Program-made: the position numbers and the translations under genes
Virus record (IMG/VR): IMGVR_UViG_3300028048_003180
Location: 32,001 to 96,000 of that record
DNA length: 64,000 bases
DNA from: a virus
Taxonomy: Duplodnaviria > Caudoviricetes
Reading direction: 5' to 3' (one strand)
Notes under the pieces: model-generated
What the model was told of the DNA's origin: nothing
The model's database searches: none
What the model saw: the letters and a program-made list of their open reading frames with translations, nothing else
In this document: positions 19,301 through 28,567 of the stretch, piece by piece
Layout of the letters: every line of letters starts with the position of its first letter
How positions within the stretch are numbered: position 1 is the stretch's first letter

Positions 19301-22300
19301 GTTCTCCCAGAGGGACTTCAGGTGGAAGCGCACTACTGCGGAGGAATTTACGGAAACACCCAAGTCCGTGCTCAAGAAGAACGGGACTACCCGCGTAGGA
19401 TACTACTTCTCTGAAATGCACAACGCATGGGACAAAAAGTGGTTCCCGGCAAAGATTGAGAAGCGGCAGTGCATACAGTACATAACGGATGCCAACGGTG
19501 AGATAGTCTACAATGAGGCAGGAGACCCGCTCATAGAGATGACGAGGGACGGCAACGACTGGATTCCGTTCATTTACAAGGAGATGGCGAGGAATACCGA
19601 CTCCCTGGGAAGGTGGGTTGCAAGCAATGCGTTCCTCAGAACGTTCACGGAGCAGAACTCCATCGGGCAGCTTTTGGGGTTTGCCTGCGGGCAGAGCCTT
19701 GGCAGGAATGCCTACTTCTACAATTCGCTCAACGACGACAAGTTCATACGGTACTGGTACGACGACGTATCAAAGGGAAAATACTACTACTTCGACACGG
19801 ACGACACCGTGCTTGACCTGGAGCACAAGCCTGTATGGAGCGATGAGGGTGACCCTTATGACCTCCCGCAGTGGACTTATGACGGATGGGCGGAAGGTTC
19901 GGAAATAGAGTTCCGCTCCGCCTCACTTACAGAAATCGGCAGCGGTTATTACTACAGCATAAGGAAGGCAGACAACGCCTTCAACATGATGGCCCTCAAG
20001 GAAGCCTTTGAATATACGGAGGCTATAGACATAGGAAAAAGTGCGGTGGGCCCCATCCCGTACAAGTGCAACATGTACATAACGAACCAGCAGAAGGCAC
20101 TCGCGCTAATGCAGACAATTCTTGTCACCGCGAGGGCGTTCTGGTTCTTCGATGAATACGGACGCTTCGAGGTTCACAACGACAAGCCCAAAAAGAACCC
20201 TGTCCTTATGATAACGGACGAGAACTCCCTCCAGTCGTCGAATACGAGGGACTTTTCAAGGGGAATAGCAGGCTACCACATTACGTTCCAGGATGAGTCC
20301 AACGGATTCCAGACGGGGGAAGTCTACGTACTGAGGGAGGGGCAGACAAGGAACTCCCATACAAGGGATATAATTGACCAGACGATAAACGGCGTTACGA
20401 ACGCGGAGCAGGCATGGTGCCTTGGCGCATACATGCTTGCCTGTTCCATAACCCAGAAGGAGTCATGGTCAAGGAAGCTCAACCATGTAGGCGGAAGCCT
20501 GACGATAGGCTCGCTTGTCTCCGTCCAGAGCTCAACCCTTATGATAGGGACTGACACTTCGGGAAGGATTGTAAGGCTTATAGAGGACGAGAATTTCATC
20601 TACGGGTTCATCTGCGACCTCACCTATGACTACAGGGAAGAGTATGGGCAGAATGGCGAGAACGTACAGGGATGCTCCATCTTCCAGGCAGGGGCAAAGA
20701 GTCACTCAAAGGTTGTAACTCTCAGGTTTGCCAGTGCCGCACAACAGCAGCAGGGAATAACGGTGGAAACGGAGGACCCAGAATACGCAATCAACAGCGG
20801 AACATACGCAAACCTTAAGGGTCAGACGAATCTGGTACTCTTTGAAAAGAAAATAATTAAGCAGACGGAGCGGGAGCTTGAGCAGGGGAATGACGAGGAG
20901 ACGGGAACCAAGGTGTTCACCCAGTTCATTCCAAAGCCGGGGGACGTGGTTGCCTTCGGCAACGTAGGCACAATCACGAAGCTTGGTGTCGTCTACCAGC
21001 TTTCCTTTGACGAAAAGCACCATGTAACTGCCGGGATTTACCCCTATTACGAATCAATCTACCATGCAGGACGCTCACTCCCTGTACTGGAATCGTCCAT
21101 GACGAAGCTTCCAAGGAACGACAATGCCCCTGTAGACTTTAGTGCGACATTCTCTGACGTAAGCGCAGCCATAGACGAGGCGAATAAGAATACGGCGGCC
21201 GCAATAAACGGGCTTGTGAATGGAGGCGGTGACAGCAGTGCCGTGCCTGATGCCCCTGTAATGCTTGAGGCAAAGGCCTTTGAAAAGGAGATTCTGCTTA
21301 AGGCCCGTGCTGACGGTGCAGGCCTTAAGAACAGTGTGGTTGAAGTTGACTGGCAGCTGTTTAAGTGGACACCTGACGTAGAGACTGCGGACGAGAACTT
21401 GTGGGACTGGGAGGACGCGGGCACGACACCTACGCTTAGCGGGGAGTATGTGTTTGACAGGGACACTGACGGCTATCCTGAAAGGGAGGACCTGAACGGG
21501 ACTGAATCTGCCTGGTTCTTCAGGTGCCGGATAAAGAATCAGTACGGGAATGACTCTGAATGGAGCCGCAAGATGGCGGTGCAGACCTACAGGTATGGCA
21601 CTTGGCTGCTCGGTGCGCCCGCAATAGTGCCGAGAGTTACCAGCAGGTGTGTTACGCTGAAACTTTCCCAGCCACCAAGGGCGGGGGACAGGGAGCAGTA
21701 CGGAACCGTTCGCTACAGGATTGAGGTAATGCGCCCTGACATTGATGAAAATTACTTCAAGCCTTCTATTGACCTCAACCCATATGCTGCAGAGGAGAAC
21801 TACAAGGACGGTGAGGGATATGTCATAAGCGACGGTACGTACATACAGGTGATGCCTCTCAAGGGACAGGATTCAGAACTAATAGAAAACACGTTGTACA
21901 TGTTCCGCGTAACGGCAGAGAATGAGACCAGTATATCTGAGAGTTCCGTTATAAATGTAATCACTGAATGTGACTCTATACGCGACATAGTGAAGGCCCG
22001 TGAGACTGCAAAGGAAGCCTACATATCACAGCTTTCCGCAATCAGCGCGAACATGGGGTGCATATCAAGCGGTTCTTTCAACGGCTCGGACACAAACTTT
22101 TGGGAGCTTTCCTCTTTTATTGATGATTTTAATGTAAACCATCATGAGGGGGCATTCCGGGTAGGAGGAGTGGACGAATTTCTGCATGTAATTCCTGTTG
22201 ACGAGGATGGTAATGACATAACGAGTGATACCCCCGTTTCTGTTGAACCCGCATCGTACCGCATTGAATTTCAGATCGGCAACTTCAAGGTAAAGTCAGA

Positions 22301-22895
22301 CCAGACGAACTTTATCAACGAACTTACCATATACAACGACAAAGACTATTCAGAGCGGCTCTGCGTGTCATACACAGGCTTGCTCAGGCAGGTTCTGCCG
22401 GGGGCAACGTCACCGGACGACTGGGGGAATGCCGCACCCGGAAGCATAACAAGCGTACCTTTCGCAAAGGCGACAAAGGAGGGGAACGCCTGCTTTACAA
22501 ACGTCCCTATTGAAGAGCTTCCGGCTACAAAGCGGTTCGTTACTGGCACCCAGTCGGCCTACAACCTTCAGGATACGGTGACTGACATATACGGGCAGAA
22601 CCCTGAGAATTTAGTCCTTGACCAGGCCAACCTCATAAACACGGCAGAAGGTTGCCCTGTGCTTGTTAATGAAGGAGTCCCCGTCACAAAAGCCTACGAG
22701 GGGGAGATAAAGATAGACAAGGAAAGCAAGTACGTTGCTTACTGGAATAAGGGTGGGGTCAGGTGTGATTCAGGAACCGCAAGGAGCGTATTCGAGGCGG
22801 CAAGAGAAGCCTGGCGAGCCAGCAGGAGTACGGAATGGGGACTGACACAAGAACAGGCCAGCACACTTGACCTTGAAGACATGGAGGAATTATGA
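16344..22895 (+). CDS. Tail tip / host specificity protein (gpI+gpJ-like) with FN3-like repeats
   Basis: N-terminal ubiquitin-like plus Gly-rich hydrophobic segment, PVVVGK, QVRVVRLT, F.DE.NG.Q, GVTN.EQAW, C-terminal LSAISANMG; start at ATG 16344 after GGAGG. Confidence 0.85.
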   Translation: MAKVIVFNDIFDTRDTNVIDVEKVQTVRDVLYEGKYNVRDYSSQVEVYDPDTGETSYLAIKDDGGQALNVCVKVNGLVKDLSYEIQPADAVVVEILPASSVSKTIEGTLGTIFTVVGGLAMAVGAAMLTVGTGGIGLAVGLMVAGGLLVAAGTYMIMDSLKFDYPDEQKAGKSLTEEQRKKLEGATNQNLIDMPFPVVVGKIDVTPYTVGTQYNELVYNGSSWDEFFGSRMRTTQLLAIGYAPLLLKDIKFDELVSAHNNNNILNGELSYLNNDNDVPGHRPSTFNGKPQVADIESKWRGNKVRMEISQFGRDRSIYPFTVKQQKVDAPLLYCYDGQYAEVANDRHISWQGASLQCGMRTNTIRFSDGIPYKVVVGIDIPGGLWEANNIKEKTDTRYSKIPMNLVVQWRPVYKYISDNGLDSAGAAGDVYDRNRDGYGVLRYSGWRNFSGTSYLDGKWAGPVKQCTYTGNSLSYFVYKDGNTPAYRDGYYGYFVNNSGYTLTGTFHKVQKKTDEATLYREKFLSLIRDWERQHTTRESYINAISPTKGYVTVVNEDGTRAVMPYQAYWKSYIYPEIKESVPDSVRLSLEDQARTYARNKVASQDADWCASHQNYNNGTTWHKMSSQEIIDYSNAGKLNVSFHNEKQKTWVGPGNYIGAPQGYWHTETVRVYDYSSASSDVLIQNGVPYAQDNPYANSIAQIEVNANKGLSAGTGANSNPTWFGVRCFSLGEFSLGKTFYQRDMSEPNFQSALNIGANDVDNAKDEMRFEICAELTQEDILDLLNRNPRSIRAGEDGEVPELLGKTNCIIDSIQVRVVRLTPCYIDNNSGEIKYKYSDVVKWSYLRTYCLDKQRLLDSIDNKTEDAIVGGKAVKIAPIDCSLETFDSRDPDIHEYPTWNTWDILSFRSVPVAKEDEEKLCLLGVEAEPDPLGVMSDSLNKISLTAHAVTPSLRSNYIRYWYTDGIGYWKYDSYDTLETKDSEELYLTFSQRDFRWKRTTAEEFTETPKSVLKKNGTTRVGYYFSEMHNAWDKKWFPAKIEKRQCIQYITDANGEIVYNEAGDPLIEMTRDGNDWIPFIYKEMARNTDSLGRWVASNAFLRTFTEQNSIGQLLGFACGQSLGRNAYFYNSLNDDKFIRYWYDDVSKGKYYYFDTDDTVLDLEHKPVWSDEGDPYDLPQWTYDGWAEGSEIEFRSASLTEIGSGYYYSIRKADNAFNMMALKEAFEYTEAIDIGKSAVGPIPYKCNMYITNQQKALALMQTILVTARAFWFFDEYGRFEVHNDKPKKNPVLMITDENSLQSSNTRDFSRGIAGYHITFQDESNGFQTGEVYVLREGQTRNSHTRDIIDQTINGVTNAEQAWCLGAYMLACSITQKESWSRKLNHVGGSLTIGSLVSVQSSTLMIGTDTSGRIVRLIEDENFIYGFICDLTYDYREEYGQNGENVQGCSIFQAGAKSHSKVVTLRFASAAQQQQGITVETEDPEYAINSGTYANLKGQTNLVLFEKKIIKQTERELEQGNDEETGTKVFTQFIPKPGDVVAFGNVGTITKLGVVYQLSFDEKHHVTAGIYPYYESIYHAGRSLPVLESSMTKLPRNDNAPVDFSATFSDVSAAIDEANKNTAAAINGLVNGGGDSSAVPDAPVMLEAKAFEKEILLKARADGAGLKNSVVEVDWQLFKWTPDVETADENLWDWEDAGTTPTLSGEYVFDRDTDGYPEREDLNGTESAWFFRCRIKNQYGNDSEWSRKMAVQTYRYGTWLLGAPAIVPRVTSRCVTLKLSQPPRAGDREQYGTVRYRIEVMRPDIDENYFKPSIDLNPYAAEENYKDGEGYVISDGTYIQVMPLKGQDSELIENTLYMFRVTAENETSISESSVINVITECDSIRDIVKARETAKEAYISQLSAISANMGCISSGSFNGSDTNFWELSSFIDDFNVNHHEGAFRVGGVDEFLHVIPVDEDGNDITSDTPVSVEPASYRIEFQIGNFKVKSDQTNFINELTIYNDKDYSERLCVSYTGLLRQVLPGATSPDDWGNAAPGSITSVPFAKATKEGNACFTNVPIEELPATKRFVTGTQSAYNLQDTVTDIYGQNPENLVLDQANLINTAEGCPVLVNEGVPVTKAYEGEIKIDKESKYVAYWNKGGVRCDSGTARSVFEAAREAWRASRSTEWGLTQEQASTLDLEDMEEL

Positions 22896-25800
22896 GCTAC
22901 GAAGTAACATTAGGCAATTATCAGAGCGTAATTGGTGCGCTCCCTGCAAATACAGCATCCACCCCTTATGATGTCGTCATTACGGATGGGGAAAACTTGG
23001 CTCCTAATGTCTTAAGGCCTGTGCAAGCGGCGAAAAGATATGTCAATTTGAGTTTTACCCCGGCAACAGTTGAAAGTGATAGCATCCGTAATCTCTTTAG
23101 AGCAGGCAGTGTCACCTTGTACCTCGTATCATGCGACATGTCAAATCTGGACCTCTCGAACGTTACGGACGCGGTTTCTATGTTTGGGAACGTCAGTCTA
23201 AAAACTGTAGTCTTGCCGCCTATGGAGAATTTAACTACGGCAGCCGAAATGTTTTCTTGGTGTGACTCCCTTGAAAGCATTACTTTGCCTGCCATGCCTG
23301 AAGTTACTAATGTGGGCGGCATGTTCCAAGTCTGTCGTGCACTCAAAAACATTACTTTGCCTGCTACTATGCCTAAAGTTACAGCGGCATACAGTATGTT
23401 CCAGGGGTGTGAATCCCTTGAAAGCATTACTTTGCCTGCCATGCCTGAAGTTACTAATGTGAAGGGTATGATTTTACAGTGTTCCGCCCTTAAAAAAGTT
23501 GACATATCAGGGCTCGCCTCAGGAACAAATACGGAAAACCTATTTCGGCTTTGCCCGGCCCTTAAGGAAATAACGGTAGCTACCACCAATTACGAAACTT
23601 ACGTAAGTGCATTGGATGAAAATACTGCGGCAACGCCCTATGACGTAATTATTGCAGATGATACATTCGACGGTGATGTTCTTTTAAATGATATTTTTTC
23701 TTCTATGGTGCAAAGTGGAAGGTTCGTGAAGATTTCTTTTAGTGGAGGAACTTTTGGTGGTTTTACATTATGTTCAGATTATGCTTATCCAGAATCTGAC
23801 TACTTGATAGAATGTGACATGTCATCAATGGCTTGCACGAACCTAATTTATGTTCAGGGTTTTCGCAACTGTAAAAACTTAAAGAAAGTAAAGATGCCTA
23901 ATATTACATCATCAGCCCCATGTACCGCAAATGGATGTTTTTTTGGTTGCGCTTCTCTTACTGAGGTAGAGTTTTTACCAGCAAACTTCGATTTAACTCA
24001 AGACATGTTTTCTCTTTGCAGTTCCCTCGAGCAAGTCGATTTGTCAAAAATACAATTAAAAGATACGGGACGTATGTTCCAAAATTGCACAGCCCTTAAG
24101 GACGTAGTTTTGCCAGATTTGTCAAGTGTATCTTCTGCTGCGTCCATGTTTGTTCGTTGTAGTAATCTTGTCACGGTAGATATATCAACATTAACTGCAG
24201 CCGCTAATGTCTATGATCTTTTTCTTGGTTGCTCCTCGCTTAAAACGGTAGTGTTGCCCGCAAGTATGGCGTCAACGAATGCTAAAGGTATGTTCTACGG
24301 TTGTAGTAGCCTTGAGGATATTACGCTGCCTGTTATGCCTGAAGTTACTAATGCGAATGAAATGTTTTATCGGTGCTCTGCACTCAAGACTGCTGACGTA
24401 TCAGGGATTGCGGCAACTGCAGATGTTTCCAATATATTTCAGGAGTGTACGGTCCTTGAGGAGATAACGGTTACTACAGTCAATTATGAAACAATAGTAA
24501 GTGCATTGAATGAAAACACTGCGGCTACTCCTTATGGCATCGTAATATCAGACGGGGAAAACCTTAGGCCTTCTGCCATGAAGGTGGATGAGACGGGAAG
24601 GTACGTCAACCTAGGTTTTAGGCCAGCCGTTGTTGAAAGACAAGACATTGAAAGTCTTTTCGATTACAACAGCACAATAACTCATCAGTATCTTATATCA
24701 TGCGACATGTCGAACCTTGACATGTCAAATGTTACGTATGCAAAAGGTGCATTCCATTCAAACAAAGGGTTAAAAACTGTTGTCATGCCGTCCTTAAGAA
24801 ATGTATGGAATTCAGCGGAGATGTTCTTAGGGTGTAATGCACTTGAAAACGTTACACTTCCTGACATGTCTAAAGTTACTGATGCAGTAAGCATGTTTTA
24901 CAACTGTCGTTCACTTGAACACGTAGACATAGGGACATTCAGAAAACTGGAAGATGCATTAAATATGTTTTGCAGCTGTCATTCCCTTGTAGAAATTGAC
25001 GCGACAAACCTTACGGAACTCACCGATGCAGAGAGTATGTTCGCAGATTGTGGAGCACTTGAAAACGTTACACTTCCTGACATGTCTAAAATTACTAAAG
25101 CATCATATATGTTTCAAGAATGCCTTTCTCTTGAAAGCATAGACTTATCTCCATTAGAAAATGTCGTAAATGCACGCAGTATGTTTTTTAAATCAGGAAT
25201 TACAACCGTAAACATTTCGGGGATGAACAACCTTAAATATGCAGCAAATATGTTCAAGCAATGTGCTTCCCTGGAAAGCGTTGATATTTCTGGTATGGAA
25301 AATGTTGAGGATGCAGAGGAGATGTTCGCCGTCTGCGAAGCGTTGACGCATGTAAACATATCTGGAATGGGAAACGTTACAAATGCCACAGGTATGTTCT
25401 TTGGAGACCAGACCCTTGAGTCAGCTAATTTGACAAGCCTAGTGAGTGCAACTAATGGAGATGGTATGTTTTCCTCCTGTGTCAGCCTAGAAGAGGTTTC
25501 AGTTCCGCCCGCGTTAACCAACGTCAACGGGTTGTTTATGAACTGTCCAGACTTGACTACCGTAAAAAATTTCAAATGGGATTTCTCCAATATGGAGAAT
25601 ACAACCAACTGTTTTTCCGGCTGCTCCTCCCTTACCCACCTATACTATTACTCTGACAACGACCCTGCCCTTATAATTCCTAATGACGACTGGCTTCTTT
25701 ATTATAAGGGGGGGGCGTCAGCCTCTGAGGGATATACCCTTACGGCTTACGACAGGAAAGGGAATGTGGTACTCTCGGAATCTCTTGGCAGGCCGCAGAT

Positions 25801-26479
25801 TCACCCTATAGGACAGACAAACTCCCTGTTATTCGACACACAGCCAATAGATTGTGCAAACATCATAAAGTCGCCCTACCTCTTCGGAATAAATGACGGC
25901 AAGACGCTGGACGCTGCGGGCGGGACCCTTGCCATACTTGCAAAGGACACTGACAAGATAGTTACGAACATATTTGAAAGCAAGGCTATAAGGGATATGG
26001 TGAGCAACATCACCCCGGCAGGTATAATCCAGATGTACGGCGGAACTACGGCTCCTGAAGGATGGCTCTTTTGTAACGGAGAGGAAGTCCCTACGGCCCA
26101 ATATCCGAGGCTGTACGCCGCAATAGGGAATACGTATGGAACTCCGAAGACGACGGGGAACTTTGTCCTTCCTGATTTCCGCGAATGCGTACCTGTCGGA
26201 GCAGGACAAAGCAACAGGTCAGCCATATCAACCCATGATGTATTCAGCCTCGGCCAATACAAGAATGACTGTATACAGAACATCACTGGATGGGGCACAG
26301 GAACCCCCGTTAATTCTAGTGGTGGGGGAGCATTTTATAGTGACCCGGTAGACTTTGGTGGTTTTGGAGGTGGAAATTACCGTTTTAAGCAGTTACTGTT
26401 CGATGCCTCCCGCCAAGTCCGTACCAGCTCAGTAACACGAACTAAACAGATTGGTACAAACTACATCATTAAGTATTAA
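22892..26479 (+). CDS. Tail fibre / receptor-binding protein with BspA-type LRRs and tail-collar domain
   Basis: Numerous MF..C..L..I.LP repeats; PAGIIQMYGG..APEGWLFCNG...YP.LYAAIG..YG...F.LPD.R collar domain; ends NYIIKY. Confidence 0.9.
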   Translation: MSYEVTLGNYQSVIGALPANTASTPYDVVITDGENLAPNVLRPVQAAKRYVNLSFTPATVESDSIRNLFRAGSVTLYLVSCDMSNLDLSNVTDAVSMFGNVSLKTVVLPPMENLTTAAEMFSWCDSLESITLPAMPEVTNVGGMFQVCRALKNITLPATMPKVTAAYSMFQGCESLESITLPAMPEVTNVKGMILQCSALKKVDISGLASGTNTENLFRLCPALKEITVATTNYETYVSALDENTAATPYDVIIADDTFDGDVLLNDIFSSMVQSGRFVKISFSGGTFGGFTLCSDYAYPESDYLIECDMSSMACTNLIYVQGFRNCKNLKKVKMPNITSSAPCTANGCFFGCASLTEVEFLPANFDLTQDMFSLCSSLEQVDLSKIQLKDTGRMFQNCTALKDVVLPDLSSVSSAASMFVRCSNLVTVDISTLTAAANVYDLFLGCSSLKTVVLPASMASTNAKGMFYGCSSLEDITLPVMPEVTNANEMFYRCSALKTADVSGIAATADVSNIFQECTVLEEITVTTVNYETIVSALNENTAATPYGIVISDGENLRPSAMKVDETGRYVNLGFRPAVVERQDIESLFDYNSTITHQYLISCDMSNLDMSNVTYAKGAFHSNKGLKTVVMPSLRNVWNSAEMFLGCNALENVTLPDMSKVTDAVSMFYNCRSLEHVDIGTFRKLEDALNMFCSCHSLVEIDATNLTELTDAESMFADCGALENVTLPDMSKITKASYMFQECLSLESIDLSPLENVVNARSMFFKSGITTVNISGMNNLKYAANMFKQCASLESVDISGMENVEDAEEMFAVCEALTHVNISGMGNVTNATGMFFGDQTLESANLTSLVSATNGDGMFSSCVSLEEVSVPPALTNVNGLFMNCPDLTTVKNFKWDFSNMENTTNCFSGCSSLTHLYYYSDNDPALIIPNDDWLLYYKGGASASEGYTLTAYDRKGNVVLSESLGRPQIHPIGQTNSLLFDTQPIDCANIIKSPYLFGINDGKTLDAAGGTLAILAKDTDKIVTNIFESKAIRDMVSNITPAGIIQMYGGTTAPEGWLFCNGEEVPTAQYPRLYAAIGNTYGTPKTTGNFVLPDFRECVPVGAGQSNRSAISTHDVFSLGQYKNDCIQNITGWGTGTPVNSSGGGAFYSDPVDFGGFGGGNYRFKQLLFDASRQVRTSSVTRTKQIGTNYIIKY
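23267..23461 (+). repeat. Direct repeat (~48 bp) within LRR array
   Basis: TCCCTTGAAAGCATTACTTTGCCTGCCATGCCTGAAGTTACTAATGTG occurs twice (SLESITLPAMPEVTNV). Confidence 0.85.
26238..26289 (+). repeat. Left 52-bp inverted repeat of tail-fibre tip cassette
   Basis: ATGTATTCAGCCTCGGCCAATACAAGAATGACTGTATACAGAACATCACTGG; exact reverse complement at 26702-26753. Confidence 0.95.
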
Positions 26480-26753
26480 TACTTTATAATGTAATTTATA
26501 CCCAACTCCTTTGTTCTGGTAACTGAACTTGTCCTTACATTTCTAGAAGCGTCAAAGCTAACAAGTCTTCGAGTTCTGGCGTCATCGTTCATAGTAACTT
26601 TAGGGCTCGTATACTCAAGGTCAGTAAGAGAAAAAGCTCCGTAAGGCTCAAAACCAAAAGGAATATTAGCACTGCCTCCCATGCCGTACATCTTAAATCC
26701 GCCAGTGATGTTCTGTATACAGTCATTCTTGTATTGGCCGAGGCTGAATACAT
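26476..26753 (-). other. Silent alternative tail-fibre C-terminus (invertible cassette)
   Basis: Encodes VFSLGQYKNDCIQNITG-[different middle]-FDASRNVRTSSVTRTKELGINYIIKY*, homologous to the expressed tip; no own start or RBS. Confidence 0.88.
26702..26753 (-). repeat. Right 52-bp inverted repeat of tail-fibre tip cassette
   Basis: Perfect reverse complement of 26238-26289. Confidence 0.95.
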
Positions 26754-26814
26754 TTTTTTTTGCTTGACATTGGGATTCTTTGCAAAAAAAATACCACAAT
26801 CTTATGATGGTCTT

Positions 26815-27786
26815 ATGCTATCAATAGTAGTTTTGTTTTGTGAGAAAGACATGTGGCATATACCGGGACTGGTACGCCACATGAAGGAAACCTTCAAGGA
26901 TGAGTACGAGCTTGTGCTTATAGACAACAGGAAGGACAAATCTACGCCTCCGCCTGACGTAGGATGGCCAGTCTATGAGGCATCAGGGGACGGGACTTTC
27001 GAGGGGCGCAGGTTCTCACTGACGAAATGCAGGGGAAAATACGTCTGGTTCGTGGATGCGGACGACATAACCCTTGACTGGAGCGGTTTTGTAGACCTTG
27101 ACAGTCAGGATGCGGACTTCCTGTTCTTCAATGCGGCGGAGCTCAGGGATGAAAGGTTCGGGCCTATGTACAGCGGTGACATTCCTACATTCCTCATGCA
27201 GCAGGGGGATGTACTCCATGAGGATATAAGGCTTGAAGTGAACCTGGATTCGTTCCTTCACGTGTACCTCCCGCTCTGGAACAAGTTCATAAGGCTTGAT
27301 TTTGCAAGGCGGGTCTATGACATGGTGCCTCCCCTTCCCTCTGTCACAGACCACGAAGACTCCCTTATGAGCGCAATGCTCCTCAAACATGCAGAGTCTG
27401 TTTCTGACTGGACGGACAAGACCATTTACATCTATGACTCAAGGACAAGCACTTCATCGGTTGGAACGTCTCAGACGGTCGCGAAGTATAAGGCACTGAA
27501 CAAGGGGCAGCAGAGGCTGCTGGAGTTTGCAAAGGGACACTTTACGGAGAAGGAGTGGTCAGACCTTGGCCTTGACCTGTATTTCTACGGTGACTATTAC
27601 TGGAGGTTCCGGAAAATCCAGTCCTTGCCGGAGAAAGTGGAGGTCTTGAGGTTTATTACCGAAGAGTTCAGTTATGAGAACATACTGGGAATGCTGAAGT
27701 TTGCAGAGCAGTTTGACGAGTACAACCGCCGGATTATCATGGAAAGGTGTATCACCCGTTACTGCCTGAAGGATGTAAAGTTCTAA
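26815..27786 (+). CDS. Glycosyltransferase family 2
   Basis: LSIVV...YELVLIDN...GR.......GKYVWFVDADD (DxD), LWNKFIR, HED; own promoter TTGCAA-17-TATGAT (26780-26808). Confidence 0.88.
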   Translation: MLSIVVLFCEKDMWHIPGLVRHMKETFKDEYELVLIDNRKDKSTPPPDVGWPVYEASGDGTFEGRRFSLTKCRGKYVWFVDADDITLDWSGFVDLDSQDADFLFFNAAELRDERFGPMYSGDIPTFLMQQGDVLHEDIRLEVNLDSFLHVYLPLWNKFIRLDFARRVYDMVPPLPSVTDHEDSLMSAMLLKHAESVSDWTDKTIYIYDSRTSTSSVGTSQTVAKYKALNKGQQRLLEFAKGHFTEKEWSDLGLDLYFYGDYYWRFRKIQSLPEKVEVLRFITEEFSYENILGMLKFAEQFDEYNRRIIMERCITRYCLKDVKF

Positions 27787-28439
27787 ATCGTCCTGCTGAG
27801 GACTCCCAGTACGCGCCCTACCACCATGAACCTGCACTTGTCATACTCGTCAAGCCTTACCGTGTAAGGGGGGTACCTTGTGTTGTCGCAGGCAACGCTC
27901 GTTTCATGGGGAAGTTGCGAAAGCCTTTTCACTGAAACCTGTCCGCCAAGGCTTACCGCATATAGCCCGTTGGCCGTAACTGCTGACGTTTCGGAGCATA
28001 TAACAACGGAGCCGTTGGGAATCGTAGGTTCCATGTAGTCGCCTGAGACCCGGACGCATACCTTGGAGCCGGACGTGGACTCAAGCCATTCGGGTGCAGG
28101 AATCCAGAGTGCCGCCTTCCGCGGGGGAAACAGTTCGTCTGAAAGGACAGGCACGAAAGTCCCGCTTTCAGAGCCGCTGCCTCCTATGACCACAACCCTG
28201 TTGTCTTTCCCTTCAAGAAGGAACTCAACGGAGGTGTCCAGTATCTTGGATATTCTGAGGACTGTATGGGAGTTCGGGTATGAAGCCTGGTGCTTCCAGT
28301 CGGAGAATACGTTTGAGTTAAGTCCGGCCTGCCTTATGAGCTCATTTTTCGTCATGTTCTTGTCATGCAGGAGTTTCTCTATACGCACGATAAACTCCGG
28401 CGGCAGCCTTTCCTTTTTTTGTTTGTGATTTGTTTCCAT
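27783..28439 (-). CDS. CI/LexA-like repressor (XRE HTH + S24 peptidase)
   Basis: HTH (L.RQAGL....FSDWK...YP...LDTSVEFLLEG); VSGDYMEP and VKRL of S24 (Tyr at the usual Ser position). Confidence 0.88.
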   Translation of the reverse strand: METNHKQKKERLPPEFIVRIEKLLHDKNMTKNELIRQAGLNSNVFSDWKHQASYPNSHTVLRISKILDTSVEFLLEGKDNRVVVIGGSGSESGTFVPVLSDELFPPRKAALWIPAPEWLESTSGSKVCVRVSGDYMEPTIPNGSVVICSETSAVTANGLYAVSLGGQVSVKRLSQLPHETSVACDNTRYPPYTVRLDEYDKCRFMVVGRVLGVLSRTI

Positions 28440-28567
28440 AAGGATATATTAGCGCGGCAAGAAACAAAATGCAACCATCAAGGAAAAACTTGACTTATAC
28501 AAGATTTTACGTTATCCTATAATTAGTCATATCTTGATATATTTCATTATATTATGAGGTTTTTGTT
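28440..28567. promoter_or_regulatory. Divergent promoters of the cI/cro-like switch
   Basis: Minus strand TTGCAT-17-TAATAT (28474-28446); plus strand TTGACT-17-TATCCT (28490-28518). Confidence 0.65.

Noticed and set aside
182-26298. Many antisense and alternate-frame ORFs over structural genes
   Set aside because: Shadows of long, well-supported plus-strand genes
26238-26753. Diversity-generating retroelement template/variable repeat pair
   Set aside because: The copies are inverted, identical over 52 bp with no adenine-specific mismatches, and no reverse transcriptase is present
26476-26799. 107-aa minus-strand ORF as an independent gene
   Set aside because: Residues upstream of the repeat are low-complexity promoter DNA with no RBS; it is better explained as a silent cassette
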